DNA of 63,180 bases, counting the filler, from Octopus bimaculoides (lineage: Eukaryota): the NCBI RefSeq assembly GCF_001194135.2. It is 7 parts of 6 records of this genome, joined end to end, with 100 filler letters (N's around TTAATTAATTAA, not from the genome) between each part and the next. Parts side by side here need not be neighbours in the genome. Positions count along the whole stretch, not along the records: positions 44,970 to 59,167 come from NC_068992.1; positions 59,268 to 61,502 come from NC_068986.1; positions 61,603 to 63,180 come from NC_068982.1; 4 more parts are not named here. One strand, 5' to 3'. Position 1 is the first letter of the stretch, and each line of letters starts with the position of its first letter. The notes beneath the pieces are model-generated. The model did no database searches and had not been told where the DNA came from. It worked only from the letters and a program-made list of their open reading frames with translations. The position numbers and the translations under genes are program-made. Shown here in pieces: positions 53,612 to 63,180 of the stretch.

Positions 53612-54309
53612 ACGTGGAAGGGAAAATGGCGACCGCTCTCCACTTTTGGAAGTGGAAATGAACATGACTGGTCGGCGTCTGCTGTGTAAAGTTGGTAGAG
53701 TGAAAAAAGTTCCAGGTTAGTCAGTTATGAGTTATGTCCCTTGGCTAAGCTTGCTGTTGAGTTGGCAAAAGGAAATTTTGAAGTGGGGAAAGGTTGTATT
53801 AAAATTGTATGGTTTCTCTACTGGGTGGAGTGCTTGGTGCGTGTAAAGGATAAAGTTGTGTTTTTTTTTTATTATATATTACCATGTGATGTGTAATATG
53901 TAATGTGTGATGTATAATAGTGATGCGTAAAGTGTAGTGCGAACGGTGTGTAATGTGTGATGTGTGTGTAAGAGTACTGTGTGTGTGTTGGTTTGTTTAT
54001 GTGGGGGTAGACTTTTCGTAAGGGGTGTGTGCTGGGGATAGTGAGGGTTTGTCTGCTGGGTGTGTGTATTTGTGTATTTGTCTTATGTGTGTGTGTATTT
54101 GTGTACATGGATACTTTCATGTGTATCTTGGTCACTCTCTTTATGCCAGCCCCAAGGGCCAAGCTGGAAGGTCGATTGAAGCAAGACGAGGCAGGGAACC
54201 CGTGGTTACAGTCATAATGGGTTACGCAGGAATGACAGAATATATTTTCTTTCATGTAGACAAGGATTAAATACCTTACTCCCGCTACTGAGGTAAATAT
54301 TCGGACGTT

Positions 54310-54650
54310 AGGTGCCTTTTAAGATCGCCCTCTTCTCAGCCAGGCATAATCTGCATTTCCTGCAACCTGTTGAAGTACGTCTTGCATCTTTCTATGATCT
54401 CCCACCTGATGCTGTATTCTGTGGTGCTTTCTTTTAAAGCCCAGACGTGCGTTCCGGGTTGTGGCGTTCCGTCTCGCTGGAATGTTTAAAACGACTTGTG
54501 GTTCTGAATTGGCCTTCTGTTGCCCCCACGTACTTTGGTTGTCCATTGGGTCCTGTTGCTATTACATCTGTCTCGTAGACGACTGTTTTCGTATTGCGTT
54601 GCCCGTTTAGTGGGCAAGTTGTGTTACCCCTACATGAGCATCCTGCCTCA
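54310..54650 (-). mobile_element. Penelope-like element GIY-YIG endonuclease remnant
   Basis: GCSCRGNTTCPLNGQRNTKTVVYETDV...KYVGATEGQFRT; HVWALKESTTEYSIRWEIIERCKTY; RKCRLCLAEKRAILK. Confidence 0.88.
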
Positions 54651-55413
54651 GTCTCAGATCTAGGTCTACCTACTAAAACCTTATATATATATATATATAT
54701 TATTCGTTTCAGTTATTAGACTGCAGCCATGATGGACCACCACCTTGAAGAACTTTTAGCCAAATGAATAGACACCAACATTTATGTCTTTTAAAGACTT
54801 AGTCTGTCTCCATGCTATCGAAGCGTAAAGATGTCAATTGGATAAAATTGACGATCTGGTAACTTTCATTTATTACACACAAACACACACATATACATAC
54901 AAATATGGATGTGTTCATACATACATGCATACTTATGTATGTATAATACACACACACACACACACATACACACAAGGCGAACTGGCAGAATCGTTAGCAC
55001 GAAAAGACGGGCAAAATGCTCAAATTCGGTCGACGTCGACTTTACCTTTTATCCTTTTGGGGTCGATGAAATAAGTTACAGTTGAGTTTTGGTGTCGACT
55101 AGCTAAATAATTGATTAGTCGATTACTTAGTCGGCGCCAATACTCAACTGTTACTTATTTCATAGTTGTATATATTTGTGTTTGTGTATGTGTGTGTGTT
55201 TGTTTCCATTAAAGTGTATAAAGTATCCAATCTAGACAGAATCGCACCCGAAATGATAAAATTTGAGGCGATCAACATCGAATTGTGCTCACACAATTGA
55301 ATTTGGAAAACAGGCGAAGTTCTTGCAAGATGGAAGAAATAAATTGGAATGAAAGCACCTCGATGATCCAGTGTAAGGCACCGACCAGTCTCAACAAAAG
55401 CAGAACACGGCTG

Positions 55414-55466
<53 letters not shown>

Positions 55467-56929
55467 TTGTGTTTTGAGCACAAGAAGTGTTGAGATGGAT
55501 TTTATCTCAGACGATTCCACAGCATCCTGTCTTCTAATGGTGTGTATACATTTAATATGATATACAGATGGCGATTTTAATTTAATGATATTTCAATTGC
55601 ATACACCGAGTTTTTCTACATTTCGACAAGCTTTTGCAATATCAGTGAATGTTTTTTTTCCCTGTTTCTTATATATCGAGAAACAAATTTCGTTTAATCA
55701 GGTAACAAACGGATGCACACGGGATTGACAAGACTTAAAGATGGTGGAACGCGTCTGCCGTTCTTGTATTTCATAGCAGTGACGACGATTATTTTGCTCA
55801 AGTCTATAAATAGATTTTATCTCAGACAATTTTCCAGCTTCATGTCTTCTGATTGTGCATATAAATTCAGTATGATACACAAACGACGACCTAAAATAGG
55901 AGACTTACGTGAATGTGAGAACTGGAGACGTTATCTCTGTCGATGAAAGTGTTCTATAAAACAATTTTAAGCAGAATTGAACCGTTGTTGGTAAGATTGT
56001 TGGTAAGACACGAGAGCGCATCCAGCGATCCATTTTTTATGGTAAGACATATTATATAAGAGACAGACGATTAAGGGGTTTCCATTAATCCTTTAATCTT
56101 ATATTTGGCTGATTTACAGAACGCGTTTAAAATTATATAAAGACAAGCATTGCTACTGATAATAGGAAGAGGCAGCATATCTCAAAAGAATATATTGACA
56201 TTAATTTAAAGGTGCGTGAAGAAACATTTTGATTAAACAGTTCGATATTTTGGGTCTCCCAGTCAAAGAGGTGAGATGTTCGTAAAAAAAGCCAGATTCA
56301 AAAGTGCTCCAGGGAAATAATGGTGTCTCGTATAAGCTTTACAAGTACGACTCTACGTCCTCACCAACCCAGTGAAAATTGGTGTTTGGAGTGTCTGCTT
56401 GTACCTGTATCAATTTAGAAGAAAGCACCATCAGTTGATCGTTTCTATCTTAACCACTTCTAAGGTATTTTAGAAGGGTATAAGATGTATCAACAAAATG
56501 AATGTCAAAAGCTTCTTATCACAGCAGTTTCAGGTCGAATTTTTCTCAACTATTTATTCAACTTGGAAAAGGGTTATCTTCATTCGGAATACATACACAC
56601 ATGCATGCATACATACATAAAAACATAATAGATACATATGTATATATATAACGTGCATAGATATGCATATATAGCTGAACTGAGTGGCGACTTTAAAAGT
56701 CGCTTCATAAACCATGTTGCGACATTTTCCAATAAGAGCGCAAGAGTCATGCACATCGCTCCTGGACCTTGCGTGGGAACTTAGAAAACAAAGCGATAAG
56801 ATATATGGTCAGTTTTCAGAAACGCAAAGCCCTATNNNNNNNNNNNNNNNNNNNNNNNNNNNNNNNNNNNNNNNNNNNNNNNNNNNNNNNNNNNNNNNNN
56901 NNNNNNNNNNNNNNNNNNNNNNNNNNNNN

Positions 56930-56968
<39 letters not shown>

Positions 56969-57019
56969 TATACACACACTCACACCACACACATATATGT
57001 ATATATATAACGTGCATAG

Positions 57020-57330
57020 ATATGCATATATAGCTGAACTGAGTGGCGACTTTAAAAGTCGCTTCATAAACCATGTTGCGACATTTTCCAATAAGAGCGC
57101 AAGAGTCATGCACATCGCTCCTGGACCTTGCGTGGGAACTTAGAAAACAAAGCGATAAGATATATGGTCAGTTTTCAGAAACGCAAAGCCCTATGATGCA
57201 CACGCCAGAGTTTGCAACTTATGTATGTAAGAAACTCTAGAGATAATTTTATGTAAGGATAAACCGATAAATAAGCATTTTGAGGATATACTTAGATGTA
57301 ACCATAAATTAAAAAGCTCCTATATTTAGT
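57020..57330 (+). mobile_element. Penelope-like element GIY-YIG endonuclease remnant
   Basis: YIAELSGDFKSRFINHVATFSNK; TSLLDLAWELRKQ; PYDAHARVCNLC; KLEII...INKHFEDILRCNHK. Confidence 0.75.
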
Positions 57331-57640
57331 AAAAATACTATAGGGAACTCTAGATGATATTGAAACTGCTTTTATCAAAACACGCATTCACATGAATGGA
57401 TAATTTGTATTGGTAGGCTGGAATCGTTGTTTGTTTGCATGTTAAATGACTTGTAATATGTTGTATAAGTCGTTTGGTATCCCATGAACAGATAACTCGT
57501 AAGAACGAGCAGATACTGCCGGGTTCCTGTAAAAATTTATGTCTATATAAGTCGTATGAAAAATAGTAATAATTACTATATATCGGTTTTATTCACCTAA
57601 AGGAATGACTTTAATTAACCAATAACCAGTCGACATCATC

Positions 57641-57671
<31 letters not shown>

Positions 57672-60600
57672 GCCCCCCACCCACACATACTCACGCATAA
57701 CACACGTGTGCACATACATGTATTTATTTTTGCTTTGGGTCATAATAGGTATACATAAATATAANNNNNNNNNNNNNNNNNNNNNNNNNNNNNNNNNNNN
57801 NNNNNNNNNNNNNNNNNNNNNNNNNNNNNNNNNNNNNNNNNNNNNNNNNNNNNNNNNNNNNNNNNNNNNNNNNNNNNNNNNNNNNNNNNNNNNNNNNNNN
57901 NNNNNNNNNNNNNNNNNNNNNNNNNNNNNNNNNNNNNNNNNNNNNNNNNNNNNNNNNNNNNNNNNNNNNNNNNNNNNNNNNNNNNNNNNNNNNNNNNNNN
58001 NNNNNNNNNNNNNNNNNNNNNNNNNNNNNNNNNNNNNNNNNNNNNNNNNNNNNNNNNNNNNNNNNNNNNNNNNNNNNNNNNNNNNNNNNNNNNNNNNNNN
58101 NNNNNNNNNNNNNNNNNNNNNNNNNNNNNNNNNNNNNNNNNNNNNNNNNNNNNNNNNNNNNNNNNNNNNNNNNNNNNNNNNNNNNNNNNNNNNNNNNNNN
58201 NNNNNNNNNNNNNNNNNNNNNNNNNNNNNNNNNNNNNNNNNNNNNNNNNNNNNNNNNNNNNNNNNNNNNNNNNNNNNNNNNNNNNNNNNNNNNNNNNNNN
58301 NNNNNNNNNNNNNNNNNNNNNNNNNNNNNNNNNNNNNNNNNNNNNNNNNNNNNNNNNNNNNNNNNNNNNNNNNNNNNNNNNNNNNNNNNNNNNNNNNNNN
58401 NNNNNNNNNNNNNNNNNNNNNNNNNNNNNNNNNNNNNNNNNNNNNNNNNNNNNNNNNNNNNNNNNNNNNNNNNNNNNNNNNNNNNNNNNNNNNNNNNNNN
58501 NNNNNNNNNNNNNNTATATATATACATATATATACACACATACGTGCACTTGTGCATATTGGTAGAGTCATTTCAATGATTTGAAGTGAGTTTATCAATA
58601 CGTAACAATATATATTCCAAGATAAAATCATAGATTCGGTATCTAGATATACACATATAGGGGCATATACAAACATCCATCCCTTCTGTCTTTCAGCCTC
58701 TCTCTCACTCACTCTCTCTCTAACTCACCATCTCTATCACTCACCCTCTCCCTTCTTATATATGTGGTGTATGTGTGTATTTGTGTGTGTGTGTATCCAT
58801 ATAGCAATACACATACACACGCACACACACACACATATATGTATGTACATATAGAAACATATACACATGCACACACATTTATACATAGTGTATATATAGT
58901 TTAAAGCTACAAGTATAGTTTTGTACGAGTGCGTGTGTATAACTCTGTGTGTGTATGTATGTGTGTGTTGTAAGGTTGTTATGTGTTTATGAGACACTTC
59001 CTTCTGTTGTCTTCATATATTTCACACTTCTCCCTCTCCCCCTTTCCGTCTCCCCCTTTCCGTCTCCCCCTTTCCCTCTCCCCCTTTCCCTCTCGCCCCT
59101 CCCTTTCTCTTTGGTTTGTCTGTCTGTCTGTCTCTTTTCCCCAGACACGTCCAATGTTTTATTCCCCNNNNNNNNNNNNNNNNNNNNNNNNNNNNNNNNN
59201 NNNNNNNNNNNTTAATTAATTAANNNNNNNNNNNNNNNNNNNNNNNNNNNNNNNNNNNNNNNNNNNNATGTTGGAGAAGCAGGTTACTGTCAATCCCTAT
59301 ATATTTATGATTATAAATTATTTACCGAAAAAGGTTTTTTCATACTGAGCTACCCGGCAGAAATTGTTAATTATTAATTTTATTACTAATTGATGATTCC
59401 CTGCCCTGCATATCTATATATATATATATATATATATATAAACAAATAGTAAATGAGTATATGCATATATACGTACAGGTATGTGCATACCGACATCCAC
59501 CTGTATGTATAGGTGCATATCTGGGTACAAGACATTGCAAACAAAACGTAGAGAAGAAAATACACAAGCCACATAGGGAACATTCTCCTTCATCAGCTAC
59601 CCCCGTTTTAACACCGGCGTTTCAAAGAGCTGGGTTATATATATATACAATACACATACACATACACACACATATACGCATACATACGCACACATTGAGA
59701 AAGTAAGAGAGATTGGCGGAGACATACAGACATATATAATATTAATAACATATCCCCGTGTACACGCGCTCAGACCTGCCCACACTGGTATACACCTCAA
59801 ATTGTGTAAGTGATACGGGTGAGAGAATATAAGGGTCTGTTTAGTGAAAATGTGAAGTGGGAGAACAAGAGAGAACGACGGGAATAAGGGGGAAATAACG
59901 ACGCGAGGTGTTGAACTATACAGGAGAGTGCGTTGATTGACTGTATATAAGATGGCGCATTATAAATGTTGATGACAGAAGCGGCTTGGAACTGAATAAT
60001 GAAGGTAATGTTTAATGGTGTCAGCGATTGTCAGCCGGCATTGTCAGGTTAAAGAAGAGGTATGGCAGAGTATAGTGGTGTCGCTGTTGGCGCTGGTTGG
60101 GTGTCGATGTGATGTTGATGGTGTTGGCGGTGTTGGTACTGGTAGGTGCTGATGTGATGTTGGCGGTGTTGGTGTTGTTAGGTCTTTAATGATTATGGTA
60201 GCGCTGATAGACATTTTGTTACAGTACTACTGCTGGTGGTGATGCTAGTCGTGGTAGTAGTGGAGGTGGTGTTGGTGATGGCGATTTCGTTATGATTGTC
60301 GCTGCTCGTAGTGGCAACAATGGTGGTGATGGTGGTGTTGGTGTAGGTGGTGTTTAATAATAACAGTGGCGGTGGTGGGGATATTATAGCTGTTATTGTT
60401 GATGGGGGTGGTGGTGGTGGTAACGATGGTGGACTTGATGGCCGTTGATTAACAGTTCAGCGTAGGTACCGTGTATTACTTAGTTAAGTACTTTGCAGGA
60501 GAGTTAGGAGAATATATATATGTATGTGTGTGTGTGTGTGAGTGTAGTACACACACACACACACACGTGTATATGTACAATATATACACACATATGTATA

Positions 60601-61451
60601 TAAGCGACCAAGGCTTTGGTAGACCGGAGGCTGTAGTAGAAGACATTTGCTCAAGGTGCCACGCAGTGGGACTGAACTAGCAACCATGTGATTAGAAAGC
60701 AAGTTTCTTACCACACAGTCACGTCTGTGCCTATATAAGCAGAATAGAGTATCTTAATAAAGAGAAATAGCCAAAACAAATGGCGGATAGCATGAGTACG
60801 GCGTCAACACGTTGTTGTGTCTGGGTCAGTCGTCTGCTTAGACGGGCGGAAGACTGAAATCTGTATGAGGAGGATCGATAACAGGGGTGTAAGGGTTGGG
60901 GGTAAAATCTTAGATATTTTTGAACCGGCATGCGTGTTGGATCGGGAGCTAGAACCCCACCCATGAAACGTGAACTTCAACTCAAGGCTGTGACAATTCG
61001 TAAATGACTGACATCGCATACATTCTTTCAATTGGTGTGAAAATGTTTGCATTGTTGTTTCTGGTTTATCTAATGAGTAAGAAATACTAAATAGGTCTCG
61101 CACTGTCGCAGCGTCGAGGTATATTCAAATACATACATACATGCACACATACATACACACATACATAAACACACATACATATACACACACACATATATAT
61201 ATATATATATGCACACACACTCCCACTCACGCACACATATATATATGCACTTCATTTCAGGTTGCTTTGCAATCATTTTGTCATCTGACATGTGTCACCC
61301 ACTGCACCTGCACAGGTAACGTCGATTTGATGGAGGGACCGATCATATTCTAACACAAACAATTGATCACTATAAACTAATCATCAGTGTGGTTGTTCGA
61401 TAAGAGATCGTCGAACCTCCATACGTCGTCTAGCGACGAGGGAGCCCATCA

Positions 61452-61502
<51 letters not shown>

Positions 61503-61603
61503 NNNNNNNNNNNNNNNNNNNNNNNNNNNNNNNNNNNNNNNNNNNNTTAATTAATTAANNNNNNNNNNNNNNNNNNNNNNNNNNNNNNNNNNNNNNNNNN
61601 NNG

Positions 61604-61975
61604 ACAAGGGACGACGGTCAAACGGTAATAGATGACGGATGCGATGTACGCATTCGCCACCTCCGCTCGACCTTTCAAGGAGAGCTTCCTCTCAGCCCAT
61701 TTCTGGGTGAGGTTGGCCACCCTGTTCGTCACTTCTTCCCAGTTTTTCTCCAACTGGAGGTCCGGACCGAACCAGACCCCAAGCAGTTTAACGGGTCCGT
61801 CTGTCCAGCACCCTACGACGCTGTTGGACGGCATGGACTTGCCCCTCCAGGTGCCTAGTTACAAGCCCACTGACTTTTCCGCGTTAATTTTCGCACCTGT
61901 CACCGCTTCATACTCGTTTAGTGTCTCGCCAATCAGGTCAATATGCCTGTGGCTCGACAATGAAGTCAAACTATA
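61604..61975 (-). mobile_element. Tx1/L1-clade LINE reverse transcriptase fragment
   Basis: IDLIGETLNEYEAVTGAKINAEKSVGL then VKLLGVWFGPDLQLEKNWEEV...WAERKLSLKGRAEVANAYIASVIYYRL. Confidence 0.88.
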
Positions 61976-63180
61976 TAGCGATATATTGAAATCCGTTTTT
62001 CTATACGATTCAGGTTTTCCGAATATAGGAAATGGAGTCCTTCTTGGGTCCCAACTATGCGTACCCGTCCGCCGGCTACGTTGAAGCCCAAATGTTCTTT
62101 CATTGCGCCGTTCCACACCGAATGCGGTCATTATGCCTACAACTGTATCGGTGCGATCGCACTCTCCTGCTATCCGGATCCTAAATTGCCTGATCTGTCT
62201 TCGACAACTCTGAGAATTTCCTCACCATCTAACACTCCTCCCTTACCACCTTTATCCACAAAAAATAATCCCACACCAAACTGTAATTCCTTTCTTCTCA
62301 GTTCTTCTACATCCACCAGCTCTGTAATGAGACCGTGTCTTCAACGCAGTCACTATTTCATGGTCTCAATCATTCACCTCTCTTCATATAATTCCACCTC
62401 CACACACACATATACATTCCATTGCTGCTCCGGCTCTACCACCAAACCTTTTCTACACAGTTAAGCTCTTTTCCACATCACACACAAACATACATATGCA
62501 CTGGGCCATACACTCATGTACACACGAAAACAGTATTCTCATGCATACACATATGCTGGTGCAGAAATATTTATGTCAGAATACAGGTGTTTCACTTGAT
62601 ACACATGTCAGGTTACAGCTGTTTCACTTGCTACAGCCACATATATCCTTCCGGTCAGTTCAACATCAGAAACCGTAAATTTAAGCATTCTTTTATGCAT
62701 GCCAATTTTATCTCGATATGTTTTCTCTCGGCATTCCTTTCTCCAGAAGTTTTCTTCCATTTTTAGTCTGCGTTAACCAAATACAACCTATTTGTTGTTC
62801 CCTCACTTGTCCGTCGTTTGAGGTTTTTCTGCATCATTTTCAAAAATATATATACGTGTGTGTGTGCCTATCACTGGTTTCAATATAATGCGAGAGAAGT
62901 ATATCTATATATACTTCTACCTAACGCCTAGTTTAGAATAGAGGCAGCTGATCAAGAAAAAAATCCATAAGTGGCTCGTTTGTTTTCCTATCTGTTCGTT
63001 CTGTTGTCTGTAAACAAACTCCCTTTTGGAAATCTATGTTCCCGTTCATTTTTCTGACGTGCTGTACCCGGATATGCATTTATATATACATGAATATGTA
63101 GGTATGTACATATATGTATGTATACATGCATATGCTCATATATCATTTGTATTACTATATATATATATATATATATATAT

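Noticed and set aside
53530-53720. Promoter reading: TTTCGCGCGAAA (E2F-like), CCAAT, AAAATGGCG and a CAG|GTTAGT donor
   Set aside because: The palindrome is explained by the minus-strand hammerhead core, the ATG frame stops after 11 codons, and no compatible downstream exon was found.
56640-57195. Identical ~195-bp direct duplication at 56640-56835 and 57000-57195
   Set aside because: Exact copies on either side of a gap are most likely an unmerged contig overlap.
60050-60450. Gly/Val-rich stretch
   Set aside because: Decayed (GGT)n microsatellite with stops.
60780-61110. Plus frame containing LDRE (cadherin-like motif)
   Set aside because: Several in-frame stops and no other cadherin motifs.

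Overview
AT-rich eukaryotic (animal) genomic DNA, dominated by microsatellites, SINEs and decayed LINEs/DNA transposons, with many assembly gaps, six of them artificial N44-TTAATTAATTAA-N44 joins. From recognition rather than a search, the repeat families and microsatellite load look like an octopus (coleoid cephalopod) draft genome; this is inference. Almost all ORFs in the track are microsatellite or N-run artefacts. Supported content: a decayed but full-length hAT transposon with TIRs and TSD (24418-26590), a mariner remnant and a mariner MITE, piggyBac-type MITEs, RTE, Tx1/L1 and R4/Dong-like LINE fragments, several Penelope-like (PLE, GIY-YIG) remnants, at least four SINE families, and the last two exons of an unidentified minus-strand gene (41315-41577). 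The main signal not shown by the ORF track is a set of minimal type-I hammerhead ribozyme motifs (CUGANGA-stem II-GAAA-palindromic stem III-NUH). Near-intact copies lie at 53518-53611 (downstream of a PLE endonuclease remnant) and 44158-44219, and an intact core at 38180-38222. Decayed copies occur in inverted pairs (10835-11005, 17040-17470), one of them as the tail of a tRNA-headed SINE. All structures were folded by eye and none is shown to be active.
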